The notes under the pieces were generated by a model. That model did not search any database. It worked only from the letters and a program-made list of their open reading frames with translations, and was not told the DNA's origin. The translations under genes were made by a program, and so were the position numbers. From positions 1-35,434 of the forward strand of contig JAJZZN010000014.1 in the NCBI GenBank assembly GCA_021797575.1: a stretch of DNA of 35,434 nt, given 5' to 3'. Shown piece after piece: positions 8,131 to 17,291 of this stretch (positions within the stretch are counted from its first letter, which is position 1; every line of letters begins with the position of its first letter). The stretch comes from Candidatus Micrarchaeota archaeon. GTDB lineage: Archaea; Micrarchaeota; Micrarchaeia; Micrarchaeales; Micrarchaeaceae.

Positions 8131-9264
8131 ATGCCGTTGCTGAATGATACATACGCGCTGTTCAAGAGGGAGATGCTCATATTCAGGAGCAACCTCCGGA
8201 CTAACATAATACGCTCAATGATATTCCCGCTAGTCCTGATACTGTTCTTCGGCAATCTCGGGTCGACGACATACGGGGTGAACGTGGCCATAGTGAATTA
8301 TGCGAACAACCCGCAATCACACAGCTTCATAAATGCGCTTTCGTCGCAGCGCACTCTGTCAATAGTGGGGATTACTTCGCAAACGAATGCACTGTCCATG
8401 CTGCAGAAGGAGTCAATAGATGCGGCCATAATCATACTGCCATCATTTCCCGCAGCATCGGGGGGTGCGCCGAGCGTAGACGTATACTATTCGGATTCAG
8501 ATGCACAGGCAGTAAGTGCGATACTTCCATTCATACAGACACAGGCACAAGAGTACGGGGGCAGCGTGGGCGCGCACATCAACACGCCTACAAGCTCTCT
8601 CTCCGATCCGCCTTCCAGCCCGGCATCGCTGATACCTCTTTACGGCACTAACAGCAACTACAAGGTCTTCCTTGTCGGAGGCATAATAGCTATGGTGGCG
8701 GCGTTCGGCACCGTATTTGGAGGGGGCATATCCATAATAACAGACAGGCAGCTTGGTAACCTGAAGTCATTCCTGCTCGCGCCGATAAACAAGCTCTCCA
8801 TAATAATGAGCAAGATACTTTCAGGTACGCTGCAATCAATGCTTTATGTGATGGTCGCAATAGCCATAGGGCTCCTTGATGGCGCCACGATAGCAATGGG
8901 CCCGCTCGGTCTTCTCTGGATATTGCTGATTGCGGGCATGATCTCGCTCGGCTTTTCGGGGGTTACTACCATACTAGCATCCAGGATAAACAAGGTCGAG
9001 GTATATTCAATAGTGGCAAACGTGATAGTGCTGCCCATGTGGTTCCTTTCAGGAGCCTTCTTCCCAGCGTCGTCGTTGCCCAGCTTTATGCGGCCCCTGA
9101 GCACATACAACCCAATGACGTACGCCACACAGGCGGTCAGGGACGTCATGATACTGGGATACTTCCCTGCAAACGCCATACTCATAGACATGTCTGCCCT
9201 GCTTGCGTTTCTGGTATTCGGTATAGTGGCTAGCGTATTGCTTTTCAAGACTCATATTGATTAG
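8131..9264 (+). CDS. ABC-2 type transporter permease
   Basis: 377 aa. N-terminal TM helix, a large extracytoplasmic loop, then a C-terminal cluster of 5 TM helices, typical of ABC-2 permeases. 4 bp after the ATPase gene. Confidence 0.85.
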   Translation: MPLLNDTYALFKREMLIFRSNLRTNIIRSMIFPLVLILFFGNLGSTTYGVNVAIVNYANNPQSHSFINALSSQRTLSIVGITSQTNALSMLQKESIDAAIIILPSFPAASGGAPSVDVYYSDSDAQAVSAILPFIQTQAQEYGGSVGAHINTPTSSLSDPPSSPASLIPLYGTNSNYKVFLVGGIIAMVAAFGTVFGGGISIITDRQLGNLKSFLLAPINKLSIIMSKILSGTLQSMLYVMVAIAIGLLDGATIAMGPLGLLWILLIAGMISLGFSGVTTILASRINKVEVYSIVANVIVLPMWFLSGAFFPASSLPSFMRPLSTYNPMTYATQAVRDVMILGYFPANAILIDMSALLAFLVFGIVASVLLFKTHID

Positions 9265-9272
9265 GTGTTAGA

Positions 9273-10922
9273 ATGTATGGATACAGATTAAAGGAAAATG
9301 ACATAGGCTTGGGCAAGCGGATACTGATGTTCACAGCCCCGGTTTTGCTGGCTATAATAATTTTCGCAGCTACGGCGCAAGCGCAGAGCCAGCTGGCAGG
9401 AGAAGGAGACAACATGCTTTCGCTATCAAATGTGTATATATCTCCGACCCCGATAATCGCAGGCAATAACATCAACGTCAGCTTCAGGCTCTTCAATTCA
9501 TATTCGAGCGAGCTCAGCGACGTGAACATAGGGCTGACATCCGAGAGCCCGATAATAAACGTGTCGCCTTCGAACACCTATCTTATAGACGCGATAGGGT
9601 CTGGTACGTATGGCGGCCTCGGGTACAACCTGTTCACATATACATTTCATCTGCCGTCAACGCTTGAAAGCGGCGAATACACCATAGACGTGGTGGCGAA
9701 CTACAGGGTGAGCGTAGGCTCGCCCGGAACAGACGTCCCAGGCGAATCTGTGATGCCGATAACATTCTACGTCCACGGCAAGCCCAACATAGGGCTAAAC
9801 CTGCTGCCCACTTCTCAGATAGTCCCGGGCAATGCGTTCACATACCAGATCGAAGTGGTCAATAGCGGCGGCGCGATTGCAAGGAACGTTACACTCAAGA
9901 TATTGGGCTCGAACACGCTCATACCTGTGGGTGAGAGCACGTTCAGCATGGGCAGCGTGTCCCCCGGGGTACCTGTGCAGTTATCCGGCAGCATGCAGGC
10001 GAGCAGGCTGGCAAGTGCCGGTGCGCACGATATACCGGCAGAAGTGAGCTATTCCAGTTCAATAGGGAATTACTCTTACAACGTCAGCATACCAATAAGC
10101 ATATACACTGGGGCGCCTGATCTGGCCATAACTGCTGCAGGCTCTATTCCGCCTGTGCTATACTCAGGGTCGAATGCGACCATAGAGCTGTCCGTGCAAA
10201 ATGTAGGCAACGGCATGGCAAAGAACATATCCATAGACCTTGAAGGGGGCCAGGGCCTCAGCGTCAGCAGCAGCGCGAACCATATCTTCATCGGTTCGCT
10301 CCCTGCAGGCCAGTCTGCAACGGAAACTGTATTCGTTTCTTCCAACAGCTCGTATGCTGGCAATGCAACGCTGCATGCAGCCGTCTCGTACTCCAATTCC
10401 GACTACTCAAACACAACGAGTTCCGTAATGCCGATAAACCTGTCCATAGCACCTAGCGCGGTATTCAACATAACGGGCGTGAGCGATTCGCTGCTGCCAG
10501 GGGCGGCATACGGCAAAATAGTGTTTACCCTAAAGAACATAGGGAATGAGCCAGCGCAGGGCATAACAGCATCGCTTCAGAGCATATACCCTCTAAGCCC
10601 GATAGCTGGCACTGCATACATAAGCAACTTGTCGCCGGGCGAATCGACGAATGTGACCTTCTATGTTAGCGTATCATCAACCGGCGAGCCCGGGCAGTAC
10701 CCTGTAACGGTATATGAACAGTGGAAGCAGCCCAACGCGGCTAACAGTCAGCAATTCGAAGGCTCGACAGACTATTACGCGCAGGTGTACAGCAGCACCA
10801 GTAGCGCCACGTACTCAATAGTAGAGGATGCAATCGAGGCGATAGTAGCGGTAGTGATTATAATAGCGATATACAAAAGGATAGCAAAAAGTAGACGAAA
10901 GAATCCAAGAACTAAGAAATAA
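9273..10922 (+). CDS. cell-surface protein with signal peptide, tandem CARDB/COG1361-like beta-sandwich repeats and C-terminal TM anchor with basic tail
   Basis: Signal peptide ...ILMFTAPVLLAIIIFAATAQAQS. Recurring modules such as IEVVNSGGAIARNVTLKI, LSVQNVGNGMAKNISIDL and FTLKNIGNEPAQGITASL (CARDB-like). Ends ...IVAVVIIIAIYKRIAKSRRKNPRTKK (TM helix plus K/R tail). S/T/N-rich throughout. 8 bp after the permease gene. Confidence 0.7.
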   Translation: MYGYRLKENDIGLGKRILMFTAPVLLAIIIFAATAQAQSQLAGEGDNMLSLSNVYISPTPIIAGNNINVSFRLFNSYSSELSDVNIGLTSESPIINVSPSNTYLIDAIGSGTYGGLGYNLFTYTFHLPSTLESGEYTIDVVANYRVSVGSPGTDVPGESVMPITFYVHGKPNIGLNLLPTSQIVPGNAFTYQIEVVNSGGAIARNVTLKILGSNTLIPVGESTFSMGSVSPGVPVQLSGSMQASRLASAGAHDIPAEVSYSSSIGNYSYNVSIPISIYTGAPDLAITAAGSIPPVLYSGSNATIELSVQNVGNGMAKNISIDLEGGQGLSVSSSANHIFIGSLPAGQSATETVFVSSNSSYAGNATLHAAVSYSNSDYSNTTSSVMPINLSIAPSAVFNITGVSDSLLPGAAYGKIVFTLKNIGNEPAQGITASLQSIYPLSPIAGTAYISNLSPGESTNVTFYVSVSSTGEPGQYPVTVYEQWKQPNAANSQQFEGSTDYYAQVYSSTSSATYSIVEDAIEAIVAVVIIIAIYKRIAKSRRKNPRTKK

Positions 10923-10949
10923 TCTATAAATCCTCGCTTCAAAATATGA

Positions 10950-11852
10950 TTGGGTGTAGCATTGGACATCAAGAAAGGCATAGGTCTGGGCTCAGTGGTG
11001 GACAAGACGCTTGAAAAGTACAACGTGCCAACCTGGCTCAAGCCCTACATATACGATTATGTCAAGAGCGATCCCATAAATGCAATCAAGAGAGCCACAA
11101 GCTTTATAGAGGTAAGGAGGAAGCGAGGCGAAGTGACAAGGGAATACGTGCGCCTCCCAAATGGTATGGAGTTCAACATAGACTTCATACAGCATGTTCT
11201 GAGCCTGTTCCATTACGGCGAGGAGAGAATAGCGGCGATATACGAGAAGTGGTCAAAGGAGCCTACAGGCTACGACTATGTGCAATATGCAAACCATTTC
11301 AGCCAGCTGGCCGAGACCACCAAGAAGCATGTGCGCGCAATACGTAACCTGATGGAGGGCATGGGCATAAAACCCCTCGAGCCTACCCCCGAGGCTGTGG
11401 CCGTTTTTGACGGTCTTAGTGCCATATCTGATTGGAAATCCCGCGTTCTGGCGTCAGGACTGCTGCTCAAATACACTTACGGATATCCGTTCGGCTTTAT
11501 CTTCTATAGGGTGTTTTATCCCGCATCGCCAGAGTTCATGCGCTCATTCGGCAAGGCGTTTAAGAACGATAGCGACGCCAATACATGGCTGGAAGAAGAG
11601 GCCAAGCGCATAGTGAAGGAAAAGGAGCTGGAGGATTCGGCGATTACGGAATTGGCGGAAAACCTGCTGTCAAAGGCTTACGATTCCGTAGGCAGCGAGC
11701 TGAAGATAGCTAAGAAGGCGCACGTAGAGCGCGAAGCGCAGTTGCTCATGGATGTTTCATTAGCATACCCTCTCCATGCGCTCTATGAGCAAGGGCTGGA
11801 AATAGACATAGATAGCGAGATAAAGAAAATTAAAGGGCTCAGCCGCAAATGA
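10950..11852 (+). CDS. conserved hypothetical helical protein (function unknown)
   Basis: 300 aa ORF with codon usage matching its neighbours. The called start is TTG; in-frame GTG codons follow at ~10992/10995 and the first ATG is at residue 73, so the start is uncertain. Glu-rich helices (...GEERIAAIYEKW..., ...AKKAHVEREAQ...) hint weakly at a ferritin-like bundle, but no clean diiron motif is present. Confidence 0.5.
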   Translation: MGVALDIKKGIGLGSVVDKTLEKYNVPTWLKPYIYDYVKSDPINAIKRATSFIEVRRKRGEVTREYVRLPNGMEFNIDFIQHVLSLFHYGEERIAAIYEKWSKEPTGYDYVQYANHFSQLAETTKKHVRAIRNLMEGMGIKPLEPTPEAVAVFDGLSAISDWKSRVLASGLLLKYTYGYPFGFIFYRVFYPASPEFMRSFGKAFKNDSDANTWLEEEAKRIVKEKELEDSAITELAENLLSKAYDSVGSELKIAKKAHVEREAQLLMDVSLAYPLHALYEQGLEIDIDSEIKKIKGLSRK

Positions 11853-11872
11853 GGGGCTTTCTGCTCGCTTCA

Positions 11873-13162
11873 TCAGGGCGTAAGGCGCTTTCTATCCCGC
11901 GGAAACATAGCGCACTCGCGTATGTTCTGCATGCCCGTTATCATGGTCGTCAGCCTTTCGAGCCCGAGGCTCCACCCTGCATGCGGAGGCGCTCCGCAGC
12001 GCATTGCATTTATATAGAAGTCGAACCCCCTCGGATCCATGCCTTTCTTCTTTATTGATTCTATGAGCAGTTCGGGCAGATGAATACGCTGCGCCCCGCT
12101 CGAGACCTCAAGTCCCTTGTATATCAAGTCGAAGCTGTTGGTGTAGTTCGGATCTGTATCGCTAGGCATAGAGTAGAATGCGCGTATAGATGCAGGGAAC
12201 CCTTTTACTATTATTGCATCACCATAAAGCTTGTAAAGCGCCTTCTCAGCCTCCCTTGAGAGGTCATCTCCGCTCTTCACCATCATTCCTTCGCCCTGCA
12301 GCGCATCTATTGCTTCAGTATAGGTTATTGTCTTGACGCTCGGTACATCCAGCTTGACCCCCAAGGCCTGCAGGTCTTTGGCGTTGTTCTCCGATACCGC
12401 TCTTATTATGCTTACTAGTACGTTAGACAGTATGGATATTACATCGTCGTGGTTTGCGAACGCCATCTCTATATCCATCTGGGTGGATTCGTTAAGATGG
12501 TACACAGTATTTGACTTCTCCGCCCTGAAAACCGGAGTTATCGTGAACACCTTGTCTAAGCCGCCTATGACTGCAAGCTGCTTGTACAGCTGCGGAGACT
12601 GGGCCAAGTACGCTTTGTCCTCGAAATAGTCCATGCTGAAGAGATCCGATCCCCCCTCTGTGGCCTCTTTTACTATTGAAGGCGTGCGTATATGGAGGAA
12701 TCCGAGCTTCGAAACCGTATCAATGAATGCATTTGCTATGGTCGATTCTATCTTGAATATGGCTGTAGTTTCTACTCTTCTAAGGTCTATATACCTGTAA
12801 TCCAGCCGCACGTCGAGCTCTGCATCCACTTTTCCTGTAACCTCAAAAGGTATCTTTGCAGAGAGCGGATTGATATTGGTCACTTTTGTCGGTATCACTT
12901 CAAAGCCCGCCTTTGCCTCGCTGTTCTTTTTTACTGTTCCTCTAACTTCGACTACGCTTTCCTTTGGCAGCGACATGGCCTTTATGATAGCATCGTCAGT
13001 CACTCCCTTCTTTCCAACTACCTGCACTATGCCTGACCTGTCGCGCAGGAGCATGAACGTCAGGTTGCCGAGCTCCCTTATCTCGTGCACCCACCCATCA
13101 AGCACTACCTCTTTGCCGTCCATATCGGCGGTCAGATCCCCTACAAAATACGTCCTTCCCAT
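11873..13162 (-). CDS. aspS: aspartyl-tRNA synthetase, archaeal/eukaryotic type (class IIb)
   Basis: N-terminal OB anticodon-binding domain (...GWVHEIRELGNLTFMLLRDRSGIVQVV...). Class II motifs ...FRAE..., ...GGLDKVFTITPVFRAE... and C-terminal ...GAPPHAGWSLGLERLTTMITG.... I place the start at the ATG at 13160-13162. The longer GTG-initiated ORF (to 13261) would run into the tRNA gene. Confidence 0.9.
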   Translation of the reverse strand: MGRTYFVGDLTADMDGKEVVLDGWVHEIRELGNLTFMLLRDRSGIVQVVGKKGVTDDAIIKAMSLPKESVVEVRGTVKKNSEAKAGFEVIPTKVTNINPLSAKIPFEVTGKVDAELDVRLDYRYIDLRRVETTAIFKIESTIANAFIDTVSKLGFLHIRTPSIVKEATEGGSDLFSMDYFEDKAYLAQSPQLYKQLAVIGGLDKVFTITPVFRAEKSNTVYHLNESTQMDIEMAFANHDDVISILSNVLVSIIRAVSENNAKDLQALGVKLDVPSVKTITYTEAIDALQGEGMMVKSGDDLSREAEKALYKLYGDAIIVKGFPASIRAFYSMPSDTDPNYTNSFDLIYKGLEVSSGAQRIHLPELLIESIKKKGMDPRGFDFYINAMRCGAPPHAGWSLGLERLTTMITGMQNIRECAMFPRDRKRLTP

Positions 13163-13205
13163 ATAAAAGCCACTTCTAAATTCATAGCTCAAAGTAATAA
13201 ATGTT

Positions 13206-13324
13206 TGGCGGGGGCGAGATTTGAACGCGCGACCTCTAGATTTCCCGTCATCGCCGAACACGGCTCCGCACTCATTGTGCTATGCATATGAGTCTAGCGC
13301 TCTACCAGGCTAAGCTACCCCGCC
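13206..13324 (-). tRNA. tRNA with CAU anticodon (elongator Met or Ile2-type) containing a ~45-nt intron at the canonical 37/38 position; CCA not encoded
   Basis: Minus-strand sequence: GGCGGGG-TA-GCTT-AGCCTGGTA-GAGC-G-CTAGA-CTCATA-[intron ~45 nt]-A-TCTAG-AGGTC-GCGCG-TTCAAAT-CTCGC-CCCCGCC-A. The acceptor stem has 7/7 pairs, with G1:C72, so it is not an initiator. The anticodon stem CTAGA/TCTAG is perfect. The T-stem has one C:U mismatch. A TATA-like AATATATAAA (13351-13360) lies ~30 bp upstream. Confidence 0.85.
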
Positions 13325-13404
13325 AAAACAGTTATTTATTTTAGCAACAAAATATATAAAGGTGCGAAGGTATATATTGCTAATTGGCAATCCCGTGGTG
13401 TAAC

Positions 13405-14256
13405 ATGGCGGCGAAGAGCAGCATGCTTCAGAATTCAGTCATAAGCGCGGAGCTCGTCGACTTTGGGCACGGCAGGTATAATGCATGCATGAACATGGCC
13501 ATAGACGAGGTGCTCCTGGACTTGGCAGATAGGACCGGAAGGTTCTTCTTCAGGACGTACGATTTCACGAAGAGCTCTGTGATACTCGCAAATTCAGATT
13601 CGCCGCTGAACCTGAAGGAATTGGACGAGAATGTGGATGTGACGCGCAGGATAAGCGGCGGCAAGCCCATATACGTGGATGATAATATCCTATCATACAG
13701 CATAACCGGGCCCATGCACGGCGCTGCCAGCGCATTCAAGAACAGCACGGCCATAAATAATACGTTCGGCCCGCTGATAATGCATGCCGTAGCAGGCATA
13801 GCCAACAACAGCGATAAGCTTAGCATGGGCAAGGTCTATAGCATAGAATTCGACGGCAAGCCCATAGTGGGCAACGGACAGCACCTAAACGCCTCGCATT
13901 CGTTCCTGTACCACGGCGTTGCGGCCGTCGGGCCGTGGGACGCTAGAAGCATAGATAGGCGCCTCTGGCTTCGCAGAGAAGACTATGATGCGCTTTACAC
14001 GCTTCCCAATCTGCATGACATAGCAGGTGACGGTTACACCATCCAGGAGTACAAAAGCATGCTGTCAAAGGGCCTGCGCAATGCCATTGGAAAGGCGTTT
14101 TCATCCAAATCCGAAATATCTGAGGCTGAGAAGGATGAAGTGCTAAAATCGGCTGCCGGCAAGGTGGCAAGCACTTACGCGAGCAAGAGCTGGGTTTACC
14201 GTGATGATCCCGGCATGAAACGCGATTCGCGATTCTGCCTACTGTGGCCAGATTAA
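13405..14256 (+). CDS. lipoate-protein ligase / octanoyltransferase family protein (BPL/LPL catalytic domain)
   Basis: ...VDVTRRISGGKPIYVDDNILSYSITG... matches the LplA/LipB catalytic motif RRxSGGGAVYHD-GN-L-FS. I take the start at the first ATG (13405) of the TTG-initiated ORF 13384-14256. A TATA-like box sits at 13371-13378. Confidence 0.75.
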   Translation: MAAKSSMLQNSVISAELVDFGHGRYNACMNMAIDEVLLDLADRTGRFFFRTYDFTKSSVILANSDSPLNLKELDENVDVTRRISGGKPIYVDDNILSYSITGPMHGAASAFKNSTAINNTFGPLIMHAVAGIANNSDKLSMGKVYSIEFDGKPIVGNGQHLNASHSFLYHGVAAVGPWDARSIDRRLWLRREDYDALYTLPNLHDIAGDGYTIQEYKSMLSKGLRNAIGKAFSSKSEISEAEKDEVLKSAAGKVASTYASKSWVYRDDPGMKRDSRFCLLWPD

Positions 14257-14259
14257 GGT

Positions 14260-15435
14260 TCATTGCCTTCCTACATAGGACGAGAGTTCCCTCTGGTAGA
14301 GGAGCTCCTTGAGCGCCCTGCAGTTGGCTATCCAATCCTTGATGGGTATATCCATCTTCTCACCTATTACAGAGAACATTTCATCGCTGCTATGCGCTAT
14401 TATCGGTTCCTTTTCGAGGGTCTCGCGCACATGCTCCCTGACATTCCATACTCCAACTGGCATGAGGTACCCCTCATGCACCTCCCTGAGTATTATGACT
14501 ACTGCCTGCTTCTGCAGCTGCTTGAGCTTCTCAGTAACTGCAAGCCTGGCGGCATAATAGCAGCCCCCTATTTCAGCATATGTTTTCCTCCCGTTGTACC
14601 CTTCGTATGACGAGTATATTGATATGGACGTACCACCCTCATTCCATATAGTTTTGGGATACCATGCTTCAGCGGACTCGTATTTCCACCTTCCCGGTAC
14701 AAATATTATGAGCCAGCGGTTGTCGAGCGATATGTTGTAATACATATGTATGCTGTCTATCTCGTCGAACTCTTTAACCTCCTTAAGGTTGCCTTTTGAC
14801 AGGGTGTCATCAACTGCGGTTATACTCCACCTCGTAGGCACGAATTTCCTGCGCCTACCAAGACCGAACAGCCCTGCAGAGAGAGCCTGCTGTATCTTTG
14901 ACACCGGTATATCGCTCTCGTAGGACTCCCTTATTGCAGTTCCTGCATCAGCATCCACATCCATGTACAGTTTTTCTATCTGCTTATTCGCCTTTATGTT
15001 ATAGATGTCAAACGCTTTTATGTCAGCGCTTGGTCCAAAGGGCTGTACCTCATCGTTTAAAGCTATCTTCACAAAGGGCTTTTTAGAGAATGTTAATTCC
15101 GCCTCTGCAGGCCTGTCGGCAAGAGCAAGGTCCCGTATCTGCTCCTCTATTCTGCCCTTCTCTACTGCATCAACCCTGGATTTATGCATGCCCCTGACTA
15201 GCTTTGACCGTGATGACACTATCTGCTCTATCGAGAATGCACGCCACCTTTCCGGCACTGCAAGTATAGAGGTATCGCCAAACTCAGGTGGCACCATTGG
15301 CCCTATAGTCACATTCGGGTAGCCGAATCTGCCTATAAATATGTCCGTGGGTGAAGATCCAGAAAGGTCCAGCCGGTCCAATACCGGCATCATCTTCATG
15401 CTGTAGTAATACCGCAGCAGTGCGGGATCTCGCAT
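14260..15435 (-). CDS. conserved archaeal protein, tentatively Nre-family (DUF650/DUF651-like) with PIP-box-like C-terminus
   Basis: Long ORF (to 15702), but its first ~90 codons are Cys/His/Trp-rich and overlap the divergent promoter of the peptidase gene. The ATG at 15433-15435 is the first plausible start; the start could extend to 15702 if the upstream part is real. The C-terminus ...LYQRELSSYVGRQ resembles a degenerate PCNA-interacting Q-x-x-L-x-x-Y motif. The family assignment is from memory and uncertain. Confidence 0.5.
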   Translation of the reverse strand: MRDPALLRYYYSMKMMPVLDRLDLSGSSPTDIFIGRFGYPNVTIGPMVPPEFGDTSILAVPERWRAFSIEQIVSSRSKLVRGMHKSRVDAVEKGRIEEQIRDLALADRPAEAELTFSKKPFVKIALNDEVQPFGPSADIKAFDIYNIKANKQIEKLYMDVDADAGTAIRESYESDIPVSKIQQALSAGLFGLGRRRKFVPTRWSITAVDDTLSKGNLKEVKEFDEIDSIHMYYNISLDNRWLIIFVPGRWKYESAEAWYPKTIWNEGGTSISIYSSYEGYNGRKTYAEIGGCYYAARLAVTEKLKQLQKQAVVIILREVHEGYLMPVGVWNVREHVRETLEKEPIIAHSSDEMFSVIGEKMDIPIKDWIANCRALKELLYQRELSSYVGRQ

Positions 15436-15647
15436 GTGCCTATACACTATGTCGGAGCGCTTGACCTTCAGCTCGTCAGGCTGGCTTGCGCTGCCGAGCT
15501 CCTTTATGATCGCTTTCCTGTCTATGAGCCCTGCCAATTCTATCCCATATGATATGCAAGCAGAAATATATATGCGCTTCTGGTCTAGCCACACAGTGCT
15601 AGCAAGCCCTTTTATTATTTGACAGTAATATTGCAAATGATGATGCA

Positions 15648-16739
15648 ATGTCCATATACAAAGACAGGATAAGTGCGCTGTTAGGTGACGACCTTGATGC
15701 AATCCTTCTATTCAATGATGGTGAGGAAAGCAGCAATTTCCTATACATGACCGGATTCAATAGCGGGGTGTTCGAGGACACACCGCTGCTGTTGCTGAAT
15801 GACCGGATGGTGGTATTCAGCAGCATGCTGGAATATTCTACAGCAGTAAGCCAGGCAAAGAAGCAAGGCAGCATCAGCGTTGAGAAGATGACCAGCAGGG
15901 AAGAGATTGTAAGCAAGATCAGGAAGTTCACGCAAGGCAAAACCATCGGCTTCGATGGCGAATACCTGCCGTTCAGCACCTACATGCACCTCAAGGCTCT
16001 TGCAAAACCCAGATCCGCAGTAAATGTGAGTGGAAGGTTCAGCGCATTGAGGAGAATCAAGAACGCGGATGAGATAAAGTACATGAAGGAAGCAGTGCGC
16101 ATAGTCAAAAGCGCATTTTCCACAATACCCCAATACTTCAGGACCGGAATGACTGAGAAGGAGCTCTCGGCGCGATTCAACTACCTGATGGAAGAGGCAG
16201 GCGCGGACGCGCAATCGTTCAAGACGATAGTGTGCTTCGGCAAGAATTCTGCGATGCCGCACCATTCACCTGACGCGACGAGGCTCAGCGAGAACAGCTT
16301 TATACTGATAGATGCAGGGGCAAAGTACAACAACTACTGCTCTGACATGACCAGGACATTCATCTACAAGCCCAAGAAGGATAGTGCAAAATACAAGAAA
16401 ATGCTAGGTATCTACGATACGGTAAAGGAAGCGCAACGCCTTGCATTAGGGAATGTTAAGCCAGGGGTAAGCGGCAGCTCAATACACAAGATAGCACAGA
16501 ATTACATTGACAGCGCAAAAGGCGGCATATACAAGGGCAGGTTCATACACTCATTGGGTCATTCAATAGGAATAGACGTGCATGATGACAGCAGCGTCGG
16601 GTTTTCCCCATCCGTAAAGGCAAAACTGGAAGCAGGGATGGTGATAAGCGACGAGCCAGGAATCTATATAGACGGGTTTGGCGGCGTGAGGCTCGAAGAC
16701 GATGTGCTCATAGAGAAAAACGGTGCAACATTCCTATGA
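15648..16739 (+). CDS. Xaa-Pro aminopeptidase / prolidase (M24B metallopeptidase)
   Basis: Pita-bread fold metal ligands in the conserved blocks ...FILIDAGAKYNNYCSDMTRT..., ...HSLGHSIGIDVHD..., ...GMVISDEPGIYI..., ...GGVRLEDDVLI.... N-terminal creatinase-like domain. Confidence 0.9.
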   Translation: MSIYKDRISALLGDDLDAILLFNDGEESSNFLYMTGFNSGVFEDTPLLLLNDRMVVFSSMLEYSTAVSQAKKQGSISVEKMTSREEIVSKIRKFTQGKTIGFDGEYLPFSTYMHLKALAKPRSAVNVSGRFSALRRIKNADEIKYMKEAVRIVKSAFSTIPQYFRTGMTEKELSARFNYLMEEAGADAQSFKTIVCFGKNSAMPHHSPDATRLSENSFILIDAGAKYNNYCSDMTRTFIYKPKKDSAKYKKMLGIYDTVKEAQRLALGNVKPGVSGSSIHKIAQNYIDSAKGGIYKGRFIHSLGHSIGIDVHDDSSVGFSPSVKAKLEAGMVISDEPGIYIDGFGGVRLEDDVLIEKNGATFL

Positions 16740-16795
16740 TCGCACCACAATTATAGAAAAGAAAAAGCTAAAAAAAGAAAAATAAAAAGTACTGA

Positions 16796-17191
16796 TTACT
16801 TCACAGTTTCGGCGTGTGCCATTCCGGCGCCCACTATACCTATTATGAAGCCTATCAGCGTTCCGACGAACTGCAATGCCATGCCATAGTAAAATATTAC
16901 CAAGGCAAAAGACGTTGCCATCACTGCGCACGATGCCGCATATGCGAACGTCTTCTCAGACTTCACGGCCAGTGTTCCGAAACTCACAAGGAACAGTATT
17001 ATGGAACCAAGCACCGCAGCGCCATATAGCAACGGTGCCCAGATGCTTGCCATAGATGCTCCCATTGTCTTGCTGGATAGCGTGAACGTCAGGCCCAAGA
17101 AGATCAGGCTAGCGATCAGCTCCAGCACGAATATTCCGTACCTTACATTGTTGTTTGTTTTTGCCATCCTTATCACTGATGTGATACTCAT
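16796..17191 (-). CDS. small integral membrane protein (4 predicted TM helices), function unknown
   Basis: 131 aa with ATG start. Uniformly hydrophobic helices (…IFVLELIASLIFLGLTF…, …LLYGAAVLGSIILFLVSF…). Followed on its own strand by a T-rich tract (16745-16795 read on minus) that could be its terminator. Confidence 0.55.
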   Translation of the reverse strand: MSITSVIRMAKTNNNVRYGIFVLELIASLIFLGLTFTLSSKTMGASMASIWAPLLYGAAVLGSIILFLVSFGTLAVKSEKTFAYAASCAVMATSFALVIFYYGMALQFVGTLIGFIIGIVGAGMAHAETVK

Positions 17192-17291
17192 AAGGTAACC
17201 TTTTAAATCTTTCTCCTGCTATAAGTCATTAAACGTAAATTTCTGCAGGCAGTAAAACCTGCATATTCCTGCATCAAGATGGTGTTATGAC

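Noticed and set aside
10950-11852. Ferritin-like / rubrerythrin assignment for the 300-aa protein
   Set aside because: Glu-rich helices are present, but I could not find properly spaced E...ExxH diiron motifs, so I kept it as a hypothetical protein.
13163-13261. N-terminal 33-codon extension of the AspRS ORF (GTG start at 13261)
   Set aside because: It would overlap the tRNA-CAU gene and its promoter. The translated extension (MFGDDGKSRGRAFKSRPRQTF...) is basic and low-complexity. The ATG at 13162 gives a normal AspRS N-terminus.
16740-16795. A-rich tract (AAAAGAAAAAGCTAAAAAAAGAAAAATAAAAAG) read as a possible repeat or low-complexity element
   Set aside because: Read on the minus strand it is a T-tract cluster directly downstream of the 16796-17191 membrane gene. 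It is most simply that gene's oligo-T terminator rather than a repeat or mobile element.
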